The position numbers and the translations under genes are program-made. Under the pieces are notes generated by a model. It worked only from the letters and a program-made list of their open reading frames with translations. It was not told the origin of the DNA and did not search any database. DNA of 64,000 bases from Peptococcaceae bacterium UBA5767 (GTDB taxonomy: Bacteria > Bacillota > TC1 > UBA5767): positions 48,376 to 112,375 of the forward strand of contig DIET01000014.1 of assembly GCA_002418765.1 (NCBI GenBank). Direction: 5' to 3'. Positions 38,837-47,857 of this stretch are shown in pieces. The first letter of the stretch is position 1, and every line of letters starts with the position of its first letter.

Positions 38837-41074
38837 ATGAGCAACACCAGTAACATTTTCACCATTGAACATCTCGTGGATAAGGTAAAAGCATACAATC
38901 CGGATGTTGATCAGAAACTCATCTATAAAGCTTATCAAATTGCTTCTGAAGCACACAAGGGTCAAGTGCGTAAATCCGGCGAAGATTATATCACACATCC
39001 TCTTTCAGTAGCATTCATATTGACAGATTTTCAAATGGATACATCTTCTATAGTGGCAGGACTGTTGCATGATGTAGTTGAGGATACTGTTATTTCACTA
39101 GAAGAAGTACAGGACCAGTTTGGAGATGAAATTGCTCATCTGGTCGATGGTGTAACCAAGCTGTCCATGATTGAATATAAAGACAGAGAAGAACACCAAG
39201 TTGAAAACTTGCGAAAAATGTTATTGGCGATGGCCAAGGATATTCGTGTTATCCTCATTAAATTATCAGACAGATTGCATAATATGAGAACATTAAAGTA
39301 CATGACCATAGAGAAACAAAAACGAACAGCACAAGAGACGTTGGAAATCTATTCTCCTTTAGCACATCGACTTGGTGTGTTTAAAATCAAATGGGAGCTC
39401 GAAGATTTGGCTTTAAAACACCTGGAACCAGAAAGTTACAGACAATTGGTGCAAACCATTTCCATGAAGCGGTTGGAAAGAGAAGAATACATCAATAGTG
39501 TTATCGATATTTTAAAACATGAAATCAAAGAATTGAATATTGAAGTTGATATTCAGGGGAGACCCAAACATTTCTATAGCATTTACAACAAAATGACCAA
39601 GCAACACAAAGAGCTAAGTGAGATTTATGATCTTATTGCCATTCGCATCATTCTTGATTCTGTCCGAGACTGTTATGCTGTTTTGGGTATCATTCACACC
39701 CTATGGAAACCTATTCCTGGAAGATTTAAAGATTATATTGCCATGCCCAAACCCAATATGTATCAATCCCTGCATACGACAGTGATTGGCCCAGGAGGAG
39801 AACCTTTCGAGGTACAGATCAGAACTTGGGAGATGCATCGGACCTCTGAGTTTGGCGTAGCGGCTCATTGGGAGTACAAAGAAGGAAAACAGCAACGAAG
39901 TACGGGAGACCTCAATAAACAATTTACTTGGTTTCGGAACACCATTATGGATTTACAAAAGGATACTGGTACAGCTAAGGATTTCATTGATACCCTAAAA
40001 ACGGATATCTTTTCAGACCGTGTATATGTATTTACCCCCAAAGGTGACGTAGTTGAGTTGAAACAAGATTCTACACCGATAGATTTTGCTTACATGATTC
40101 ATACAGATGTAGGCAACCGAATGATTGGGGTCAAAGTAAACGGAAAAATGGTTCAGTTTGATCATAAATTGAAAACGGGTGATATTGTAGAAGTCAAAAT
40201 CGCAAGGACTGGCAAACCCAGCATGGATTGGCTGAAAATAGTATCGACAACACAAGCCCGCAACAAAATTCGTAACTATTTTAAAAAGCTGAATCGTGAT
40301 CAAAAAGTAGCACTGGGGAAAGAACTGTTGCTCAAAGAGATCAACAAAGAACATTTGGATCATAAATATCTGAATGATATCTATTTAAATGAACTATTGA
40401 AGGTTTATTCCATGAATGCGCTAAGCGATATGTATGCTGCCATTGGAGACAATGGGCTTACAGCTACGCAAATCGTCAATCGCTTAAAAGACATGGCGCG
40501 TAAAGAAAATAAGGAGTCATTGGCTTTTTATGAAAGCACCATTAAACCATGGGATGATTTTGGAAAAGCATCCAACGGTATACGCGTCAAAGGTATTGAT
40601 GATACTTTGATCCGTATTTCGCGTTGTTGCAACCCTATTCCTGATGATGCTATTGGCGGCTATATCAGCAGGGGGGCAGGGGTATCTGTTCACCGACAAG
40701 ATTGTGCCAATTTTCAATATTTGAAGAAAACGGAACCAGAACGTATTATTGAGGTTGCTTGGGACAATAAACAGAATAGCATTTATCAAGTTAAAATAGA
40801 AATTATTGGTTTCAACCGAGATCAGCTGGCTTTGGATATCATGAAAGTACTCAATGAAGCCAAAACAACCATCAATTCCTTTAATGCACGCATCACCAAA
40901 GATTCCATGGCTCAGATTGATATTAAGATATTGATCAATGATCTAGGCCATTTGGAATACATTATCCAAAAACTCAATGGAATCAATGATGTTATCAATG
41001 TAAAACGAGTAACCCCTGGTAAACTTGGAGGGAAAAGCATTGAGAGTAGTCATGCAAAGAGCAAAAAACAGTAA
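38837..41074 (+). CDS. relA: bifunctional (p)ppGpp synthetase/hydrolase (RelA/SpoT homolog)
   Basis: HD hydrolase domain (HPLSVA...LLHDVVEDT), synthetase domain (YQSLHTTV), TGS and ACT domains. Confidence 0.93.
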   Translation: MSNTSNIFTIEHLVDKVKAYNPDVDQKLIYKAYQIASEAHKGQVRKSGEDYITHPLSVAFILTDFQMDTSSIVAGLLHDVVEDTVISLEEVQDQFGDEIAHLVDGVTKLSMIEYKDREEHQVENLRKMLLAMAKDIRVILIKLSDRLHNMRTLKYMTIEKQKRTAQETLEIYSPLAHRLGVFKIKWELEDLALKHLEPESYRQLVQTISMKRLEREEYINSVIDILKHEIKELNIEVDIQGRPKHFYSIYNKMTKQHKELSEIYDLIAIRIILDSVRDCYAVLGIIHTLWKPIPGRFKDYIAMPKPNMYQSLHTTVIGPGGEPFEVQIRTWEMHRTSEFGVAAHWEYKEGKQQRSTGDLNKQFTWFRNTIMDLQKDTGTAKDFIDTLKTDIFSDRVYVFTPKGDVVELKQDSTPIDFAYMIHTDVGNRMIGVKVNGKMVQFDHKLKTGDIVEVKIARTGKPSMDWLKIVSTTQARNKIRNYFKKLNRDQKVALGKELLLKEINKEHLDHKYLNDIYLNELLKVYSMNALSDMYAAIGDNGLTATQIVNRLKDMARKENKESLAFYESTIKPWDDFGKASNGIRVKGIDDTLIRISRCCNPIPDDAIGGYISRGAGVSVHRQDCANFQYLKKTEPERIIEVAWDNKQNSIYQVKIEIIGFNRDQLALDIMKVLNEAKTTINSFNARITKDSMAQIDIKILINDLGHLEYIIQKLNGINDVINVKRVTPGKLGGKSIESSHAKSKKQ

Positions 41075-41489
41075 GGTTAGTGTGGATGGAATTACAATTG
41101 GAGCCATTGAACATGGTTTGGTGGTATTTCTAGGTGTGGAAAATACGGATACCTTGCACGATGTGGATTATTTGGCCAGAAAAATTGCTCGAATAAGAAT
41201 CTTCCCTGATGAAGATGGGAAAATGAACCGATCTATCCTCGATGTGCAAGGACAAATTTTGTTGATTTCACAATTTACACTTTTTGGAGATGCGCACAAA
41301 GGCAATCGACCAAGTTTCGTCCAAGCGGCCGATCCCGTTCTTGCCAATCAATTGTACCAATCGTTGATTAATGCTCTAGAACAATACAATATAGTAGTGG
41401 AAACCGGCCAATTCCAGCAGCAAATGTCGGTTTCCCTGATCAATGAAGGTCCTGTTACCATAATCATGGATTCGAATAAGAAATTTTAA
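41040..41489 (+). CDS. dtd: D-aminoacyl-tRNA deacylase
   Basis: (L->M)RVVMQRAKNSKVSVDG... and SQFTLFGD, NEGPVT motifs. TTG 41040 sits 7 nt after GGAGGG and reproduces the canonical MRxVxQR N-terminus. Overlaps the relA 3' end. Confidence 0.88.
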   Translation: MRVVMQRAKNSKVSVDGITIGAIEHGLVVFLGVENTDTLHDVDYLARKIARIRIFPDEDGKMNRSILDVQGQILLISQFTLFGDAHKGNRPSFVQAADPVLANQLYQSLINALEQYNIVVETGQFQQQMSVSLINEGPVTIIMDSNKKF

Positions 41490-41499
41490 GGAGACAGTG

Positions 41500-42147
41500 A
41501 TGATTTATAAACGATTTACGTCGGGAACGATTGCTTCTTGTACTTATATATTGGCAGATGAATTTACCAAGGAAGCTGTGATGATTGATCCTGGTTATAC
41601 GCAAAAAGAAGCAGATGTATTTATTGAAGAAGAAAATTTGACATTAAAGTATATTATCGACACCCATGGCCATGCTGATCATATCCACAACAATGCATAT
41701 TTCAAGACAAAATACGGTTCAGAAATTCTTATTCATCCTCTAGATGCCAATTATCTTGAGAATCCCAATATGAATCTAAGTGAATACTTGGGATATGCTC
41801 TACAAAGCCCTCCTGCGGATAGATTGGTGAATGATGGAGATGAAATCAAATTCGGGCGTGAAATACTGACTGTCCACCATACACCGGGACACACACCGGG
41901 GAGTATCTCATTAAGCCGTGACGGCGCCTGGTTTGTTGGTGATTTGGTTTTTAATGGTTCTGTAGGCAGAACGGATCTTACAGGTGGAGATGCCGATTTG
42001 TTGATGAAAACCCTTAAAGAGAAAATCATCAACCTACCCGAAGAAACCAAAATATATTCCGGACATGGCTATTATGAAACGACTATTAAAGAACAAAAAA
42101 GAGTTAATCCTTTTTTTCTTAACTTGATGGGAGGCCAAGATGAATGA
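41500..42147 (+). CDS. MBL-fold metallo-hydrolase (glyoxalase II-like)
   Basis: THGHADHI (HxHxDH) motif, HTPGHTPGS, GRTD. Confidence 0.8.
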   Translation: MIYKRFTSGTIASCTYILADEFTKEAVMIDPGYTQKEADVFIEEENLTLKYIIDTHGHADHIHNNAYFKTKYGSEILIHPLDANYLENPNMNLSEYLGYALQSPPADRLVNDGDEIKFGREILTVHHTPGHTPGSISLSRDGAWFVGDLVFNGSVGRTDLTGGDADLLMKTLKEKIINLPEETKIYSGHGYYETTIKEQKRVNPFFLNLMGGQDE

Positions 42148-43246
42148 AATAAAATATGTTGATTTCGAAACACTTGAAAAACTCATGCAACAAATATTGA
42201 TGGCAGCAGGTGTTCCGGAACAAGATGCCAAGATTGTGGCAGATGTCCTGATTCAGGCAGACAAGCTAGGGATTGATTCTCATGGGATCAATCGACTTAA
42301 ACCGATTTACATTGATCGCATCAAACAGGGTATTTTAAATCCAGTAACCGAAATTGAAGTAATTAAGGATTCGCCAACCACTACGATATTCGATGGGCAT
42401 AATGGCATGGGGCATGTTGTTGCCAAAACTGCGATGCAACGAGCTATCGACAAGGCAAGACGTTACGGTCTAGGGATGAGTGCTGTTCGCAATTCCACTC
42501 ACTATGGCATAGCTGGTTATTATGCGCTGATGGCTACCAAACAAGATATGATTGGTATAACAGGGACCAATGCCAGGCCATCGATTGCTCCCACATTCGG
42601 AGTAGAAAACATGATGGGAACAAATCCATTGACCTTTGGCATTCCTACAGATGAGGCATTTCCATTTTTATTGGATTGCGCCACATCTGTAACCCAAAGA
42701 GGAAAAATAGAATATTATGCAAGAAATGGAATGGATACACCACCTGGATTGGTTATTGATCAATCTGGAGATGAAATGACTGACAGCGTAAAAATTCTTC
42801 AAGCCTTGGTGGCAGGCGAAGCCGCTTTGCTGCCACTTGGTGGTAAAGGCGAAGAGAATGGTGGCTACAAAGGATATGGCTATGCTGCCGTGGTGGAAAT
42901 TCTTTCAGCAGCCTTGGCTGGAGGAAGTTTTCTGAAAATGCTGACTGGTTTTGATGAACAGGGCAATCGCATTCCTTATCCGTTGGGTCATTTCTTTTTG
43001 GCCATCGATACCGATCACTTTATTGGAAAGGATGCTTTTAAAAAAATTGCCGGGCAAATTGTAGAAGAATTACGCCAGTCTGCCGTAGCGCCAGGAGAAG
43101 AACGGATTTATACAGCAGGGGAGAAGGAATACTTGGTTTATGCGCAAAGAAAGAATCAAGGCATCCCCATAGGAGAAACCTTGCAAAAAGAGATCAATGA
43201 CATGATCAAAGAATTCTCTATCAAAGGATTTGACTTGCCGTTTTAA
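42140..43246 (+). CDS. Ldh_2 family (malate/L-lactate/sulfolactate dehydrogenase-type) oxidoreductase
   Basis: SHGINRL, NSTHYGIAGYY, GTNPLTFGIP motifs as I recall them for the family. Substrate unknown. Confidence 0.72.
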   Translation: MNEIKYVDFETLEKLMQQILMAAGVPEQDAKIVADVLIQADKLGIDSHGINRLKPIYIDRIKQGILNPVTEIEVIKDSPTTTIFDGHNGMGHVVAKTAMQRAIDKARRYGLGMSAVRNSTHYGIAGYYALMATKQDMIGITGTNARPSIAPTFGVENMMGTNPLTFGIPTDEAFPFLLDCATSVTQRGKIEYYARNGMDTPPGLVIDQSGDEMTDSVKILQALVAGEAALLPLGGKGEENGGYKGYGYAAVVEILSAALAGGSFLKMLTGFDEQGNRIPYPLGHFFLAIDTDHFIGKDAFKKIAGQIVEELRQSAVAPGEERIYTAGEKEYLVYAQRKNQGIPIGETLQKEINDMIKEFSIKGFDLPF

Positions 43247-43274
43247 AACTGACAAGAAGATCAATAATCTGTTG

Positions 43275-43304
43275 TTGACAAGCCACAGATATATCCTATA
43301 GAAT
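43275..43304 (+). promoter_or_regulatory. promoter of the hisS-aspS T-box leader
   Basis: TTGACA followed at 16-18 nt by TATAGAAT. Confidence 0.55.
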
Positions 43305-43319
43305 TGGTATATAATTTAA

Positions 43320-43511
43320 TAATTCGTGATGATGGGATACAGGAAATGGAAACGCATACCAAGAGAAAGAAGTCCAGGCTGAGAGCTTCTGATGATATCC
43401 ATAGACAAAAGACACCCCTGAACGAAAGCTTTTGAGAGGGACAAAGAGATTTGTTCAATCAGGGTGGCAACGCGGAACTAGCTTTCGTCCCTGGCCGGGC
43501 GAAAGCTTTTT
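43320..43511 (+). promoter_or_regulatory. T-box leader (tRNA-sensing transcription attenuator) of hisS-aspS
   Basis: AGAGA / GCTGAGAG stem I elements. Conserved T-box sequence AATCAGGGTGGCAACGCGG (43457..43475). Terminator AGCTTTCG(T)CCC-tggcc-GGGCGAAAGCT + TTTT (43480..43511). His codons CAT (43400) and CAC (43413) lie in the specifier region. Confidence 0.85.
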
Positions 43512-43529
43512 ATATGGAAAAAGGAGAAG

Positions 43530-44798
43530 ATGATGGCAATCAATAGACCTAAAGGAACCAATGATATTCTGCCTCAGGACATGAGAGTATGGCATGCCAT
43601 AGAGCAAAACATAAGAGATATTTGTCAAGTATATGGCTATGAAGAGATACGCACGCCCATATTTGAACACACAGAACTTTTTCAACGAGGGGTTGGTGAA
43701 ACCTCTGATATCGTAGAAAAGGAAATGTACACCTTTCATGATAAAGGAAATCGAAGTATTACCTTAAGACCAGAAGGTACGGCCTCGGTGGTTCGTGCTT
43801 TTGTAGAGAGCAGAAATTTTGCAGAGGCACAACCCATAAAATACTATTATCAAGGACCCATGTTTCGATACGCTCGACCACAAGCTGGACGTTTCAGACA
43901 GTTTCATCAATTTGGCGTAGAAGCATTTGGAACCCAAGATCCATTGATTGATGCTGAAGTCATTCACCTATGTATGCGTTTTTTCTATGGATTGGGACTT
44001 AAAAATTTGCAGTTGCATATCAACAGTGTGGGGTGCAAGACCTGCCGCCCGATACACAAAGAAGCCTTGAAAGATTACCTTCGACCTTCTTATGATGCAT
44101 TGTGCGAAACGTGTCAAAATCGCTTTGAGAGCAATCCTCTACGAATCTTTGATTGTAAAAACGAATCCTGTCAAAAGATTGTCAAGAATGCACCCACCAT
44201 TACCAGCTGTTTGTGTGAGGATTGTAAAAATCATCTTGAAGAACTCGAGGGTATTCTAAAAACCAGTGGGGTGGATTATGTCTTGGATGAACATTTGGTA
44301 AGAGGATTGGATTACTATACCAAAACAGCCTTTGAAATTATGGTTTCTGATATTGGAGCACAAAGTTCCATTGGCGGCGGAGGGAGATATGATTCCTTGG
44401 TTGAAGAAGTGGGAGGACCCGACATGCCAGGTATTGGTTTTGCTATTGGACTGGAAAGAACCATCAAGGCCTTGGAGGCGCAAGGTGTTCTTGCTTGGAA
44501 AAAGGAAAAAACCAAAGTTTTCGTTGCTTGTGTCAGTTCGTTAGAGAAAAGAGATGCATATCAATTGCTTCTTCAACTACGAGGAGCCAATATTGCTTCT
44601 GAAATGGATGTCATGGATAGGAGTCTGAAGGCTCAATTTAAATATGCCAATAAACAGAATTTTTCTTATGTTATTACCGTGGGGGAAGAAGAGATCGCTC
44701 ACAATCGTTTTGCGCTTAAGAACATGCAGGATGGAACAGAAAATCAATTGTCTACGAAAGAAATTATCGACCTTTTGAAGGAGGAATCAACATGTTAG
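43530..44798 (+). CDS. hisS: histidine--tRNA ligase
   Basis: Class II motifs (KYYYQGPMFRYARPQAGRFRQFHQFGVE, GGGGRYD, GFAIGLER). Confidence 0.95.
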   Translation: MMAINRPKGTNDILPQDMRVWHAIEQNIRDICQVYGYEEIRTPIFEHTELFQRGVGETSDIVEKEMYTFHDKGNRSITLRPEGTASVVRAFVESRNFAEAQPIKYYYQGPMFRYARPQAGRFRQFHQFGVEAFGTQDPLIDAEVIHLCMRFFYGLGLKNLQLHINSVGCKTCRPIHKEALKDYLRPSYDALCETCQNRFESNPLRIFDCKNESCQKIVKNAPTITSCLCEDCKNHLEELEGILKTSGVDYVLDEHLVRGLDYYTKTAFEIMVSDIGAQSSIGGGGRYDSLVEEVGGPDMPGIGFAIGLERTIKALEAQGVLAWKKEKTKVFVACVSSLEKRDAYQLLLQLRGANIASEMDVMDRSLKAQFKYANKQNFSYVITVGEEEIAHNRFALKNMQDGTENQLSTKEIIDLLKEESTC

Positions 44799-46570
44799 CA
44801 TTACAAAGAACAATCTATTGCGGTGAGGTTCATAAAAATATGGTTGGTCAAGATATCATCTTGAATGGTTGGGTGCACAAACGAAGAGACCATGGCGGAT
44901 TGATTTTTGTGGATTTGCGGGATCGTACCGGCATCATTCAAATTGTTTTTAATGAAGAACTTTCCAAAGAAACATTGGAAATGGCTGAATCCATTCGCAA
45001 TGAATATGTACTAGCCATAAAAGGAAGAGTTGTTGCCCGAGCGTCAGAAGCGATCAATGACAAAATGGTCACCGGCGAGATAGAAGTAGTATGCCATGAG
45101 ATTTTGGTGCTCAATAAGTCGAAAACACCGGTCTTTGACATTGCTGATGGTATCAATGTGGATGAAAACATTCGTTTGAAATATCGGTACCTGGATTTGC
45201 GTCGTCCGGAAATGCAACAAAACATGATGTTGCGCCACAGCGTAACCATGGCCATGAGGAACTATTTGGATCAAAAAGGGTTTTTAGAAATTGAAACACC
45301 AATGTTAACCAAAAGTACTCCAGAAGGCGCCAGAGATTATTTGGTACCCAGCAGAGTCAATCCGGGTCATTTTTTTGCCTTGCCCCAATCACCACAAATA
45401 TTCAAACAAATTCTCATGGTATCAGGTCTGGAAAAGTATTTTCAGATTGCCAGATGTTTTCGTGATGAAGATCTTAGGGCTGATCGCCAACCTGAATTTA
45501 CCCAATTGGACATGGAAATGTCCTTTGTGAATCAAAAGGACATTATGGATTTGATTGAAAGTATGATGATTCATATTTTTAAAGAAACGATGAACACAAC
45601 TTTGAATCCTTCGTTTCCAGTGATTACATATCAGGAAGCCATGAAAAAGTATGGTTCCGACAGACCTGACATGAGATTCGACATGGAATTGGTAGACATA
45701 TCTGATTTGGTAAAGAATGTGAAATTTCAAGTGTTTTCATCCGTTATCGCAAACAATGGACAAGTCAAAGGAATCAGAGTTCCTGAATGTGCCACGTATT
45801 CCAGAAGAGAGATTGACGCACTTATGGAAATCGCTGCTACCTTCGGCGCCAAAGGATTGGCTTGGATTGCCATTACTGCAGAAGAGATCAAATCTCCCAT
45901 CAAAAAGTTCCTGCAAGAAGATGAATTGGAAGCCATTATGAACCTCATGCAGGCTCAACAGGGGGACTTGTTGCTTTTCGTTGCGGATCAACCGTCTATC
46001 GTCGCAGCCTCGCTGGGAGCTCTTCGTTTGGAATTCGGTAAAAGATTGCATCTCATCGATGAAAAAGAACTTCATTTCTGTTGGGTTGTAGATTTCCCAT
46101 TACTGGAATATGATGAAGAAAATGAACGATATGTGGCAATACATCATATGTTCACGGCTCCCAAAGACGAGGATGTCGCATTGTTGGATAGTCATCCTTT
46201 GGATGTACGTGCCCAAGCATATGATCTGATCTTGAATGGTATAGAACTTGGTGGTGGATCCATACGAATCCATCAAAAAAAGATGCAACAGAAGATATTT
46301 GATCTCATAGGATTTAGTGCAGAAGAAGCTGACGAAAAATTCGGTTTCCTGTTAGAAGCCTTTGAATTTGGAGCTCCTCCACATGGGGGTGTGGCATTTG
46401 GTCTTGATCGCATGATTATGTTGATGCGAAATCGCCCCAGCATTAGGGACGTTATCGCTTTTCCTAAAACCCAAAGTGCGTCTGATCTGATGGTACAAGC
46501 GCCCAGTAACGTTATCGATCGACAGCTTCAAGAACTCTTTATTAAAACCACTGTACCCAAAACCAAATAA
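44792..46570 (+). CDS. aspS: aspartate--tRNA ligase
   Basis: OB anticodon-binding N-terminus (GWVHKRRDHGGLIFVDLRD), FRDEDLRADRQPEFTQLD, GGGSIRIH, GLDR motifs. Confidence 0.95.
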   Translation: MLALQRTIYCGEVHKNMVGQDIILNGWVHKRRDHGGLIFVDLRDRTGIIQIVFNEELSKETLEMAESIRNEYVLAIKGRVVARASEAINDKMVTGEIEVVCHEILVLNKSKTPVFDIADGINVDENIRLKYRYLDLRRPEMQQNMMLRHSVTMAMRNYLDQKGFLEIETPMLTKSTPEGARDYLVPSRVNPGHFFALPQSPQIFKQILMVSGLEKYFQIARCFRDEDLRADRQPEFTQLDMEMSFVNQKDIMDLIESMMIHIFKETMNTTLNPSFPVITYQEAMKKYGSDRPDMRFDMELVDISDLVKNVKFQVFSSVIANNGQVKGIRVPECATYSRREIDALMEIAATFGAKGLAWIAITAEEIKSPIKKFLQEDELEAIMNLMQAQQGDLLLFVADQPSIVAASLGALRLEFGKRLHLIDEKELHFCWVVDFPLLEYDEENERYVAIHHMFTAPKDEDVALLDSHPLDVRAQAYDLILNGIELGGGSIRIHQKKMQQKIFDLIGFSAEEADEKFGFLLEAFEFGAPPHGGVAFGLDRMIMLMRNRPSIRDVIAFPKTQSASDLMVQAPSNVIDRQLQELFIKTTVPKTK

Positions 46571-46579
46571 GAGGGTGTC

Positions 46580-47275
46580 ATGAAAAAACAGCACGAAAGA
46601 ACCCTTCTTCTCATTGGAGAGGAAGGGTTGAAACGCTTAAGCAACCAGCATGTTTTGATTATTGGTATTGGTGGAGTAGGTTCATTTGTTGTGGAAGGAT
46701 TGGTTCGTGCCGGCATAGGTGCCATCACCTTGATTGATTTTGATGTTATTCAAGAATCCAACATCAATCGACAAATTATGGCTTATTATTCTACAATAGG
46801 ACAATACAAGGTAAATGCCATGAAGACTCGAATCTTGGACATAAATCCGGAATGTCAAGTTACTGCACTGCCTGATTATTTCAAACCTGATCATTTGCTC
46901 ATGCATTCTTATGATTATGTCATCGATGCGATTGATTCAGTGGATGCCAAGGTTAATCTTCTTAAGCTCTGTTATGAGAGACGTATTCCAGTCATTTCCT
47001 CCATGGGTACGGGAAACAAACTCGACAATGAATCTTTTCAGATTACAGATATTTCTAAGACGCATACTTGCCCATTGGCTAGAATCATACGAAAGAAACT
47101 AAGAGAAAATGGCATTGAAAAAGGCATCAAGGTATTGTTTTCTACAGCGATACCTAGCATGCATTCTAATCATACGTCAGGAGAACACATTGGCAGTATA
47201 TCCACAGTTCCTTCTGTGGCCGGACTATTGATTGCAGGAAATGTCATTACAGAAATATTGAAGAGAAAGGAGTAA
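46580..47275 (+). CDS. tcdA: tRNA threonylcarbamoyladenosine dehydratase (ThiF/MoeB-fold, YrvM-like)
   Basis: VLIIGIGGVGSFVVEGLVRAGIG Rossmann motif, NINRQ. Conserved position after aspS, as in Bacillus yrvM. Confidence 0.8.
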   Translation: MKKQHERTLLLIGEEGLKRLSNQHVLIIGIGGVGSFVVEGLVRAGIGAITLIDFDVIQESNINRQIMAYYSTIGQYKVNAMKTRILDINPECQVTALPDYFKPDHLLMHSYDYVIDAIDSVDAKVNLLKLCYERRIPVISSMGTGNKLDNESFQITDISKTHTCPLARIIRKKLRENGIEKGIKVLFSTAIPSMHSNHTSGEHIGSISTVPSVAGLLIAGNVITEILKRKE

Positions 47276-47280
47276 CCATC

Positions 47281-47826
47281 ATGGTGGAATCAACCCATCT
47301 GCGTCATTCTTTGGTCATTCGTTTCAAAAAGATACGAGGACAGATCCAAGCAATAGAGCGTATGCTTCAGGATAAGTCGTGTCAGGATATCTTCATTCAA
47401 CTCTCAGCGGTTAAATCTGCTCTTGACAAGGCGTCCTTGCTGGTCTTGGAGAATCATATGCAATCTTGTCTTTTGAGTGCCTCAAACAATACATCACTGG
47501 ATGATCAAAAAAACAATCTTATCCAATTTATTCGTAATTACAAGTACGGCAATAGCAGCATGCCTTATGTACGACAGGACATAGATACGCTCCTTTACGA
47601 ATCCGCTGAACGCACAGGTTTCGTAATTAAAACGTTAGAGGATTTTCAAGAAGATCGTTGTAGTGATGTTTTGAAGAATACTTCGGAGATAAGAGGTCTT
47701 TTGGGTAGAGTAGGACTTATTCTATTTGAAAGTGAAATTGAACATTCCGTGATCAAATGTGATGAATCAGATGAATTTGACAATCTTGAAAATATCCTGA
47801 ACATGGCAAAAAAGTTCATCATTTGA
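47281..47826 (+). CDS. tandem-duplicated CsoR/RcnR/FrmR-family (DUF156) metal-sensing repressor-like protein
   Basis: Residues 10-85 match the CsoR pattern (RFKKIRGQIQAIERML..SCQDIFIQLSAVKSAL...LENHMQSC). Residues 100-181 repeat the same helix pattern (RCSDVLKNTSEIRGLLGRVGLILFESEIEH). 181 aa versus about 90-100 for the family. Confidence 0.65.
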   Translation: MVESTHLRHSLVIRFKKIRGQIQAIERMLQDKSCQDIFIQLSAVKSALDKASLLVLENHMQSCLLSASNNTSLDDQKNNLIQFIRNYKYGNSSMPYVRQDIDTLLYESAERTGFVIKTLEDFQEDRCSDVLKNTSEIRGLLGRVGLILFESEIEHSVIKCDESDEFDNLENILNMAKKFII

Positions 47827-47857
47827 TGTAATGATCAACGATACAAGGGAGGATAAG

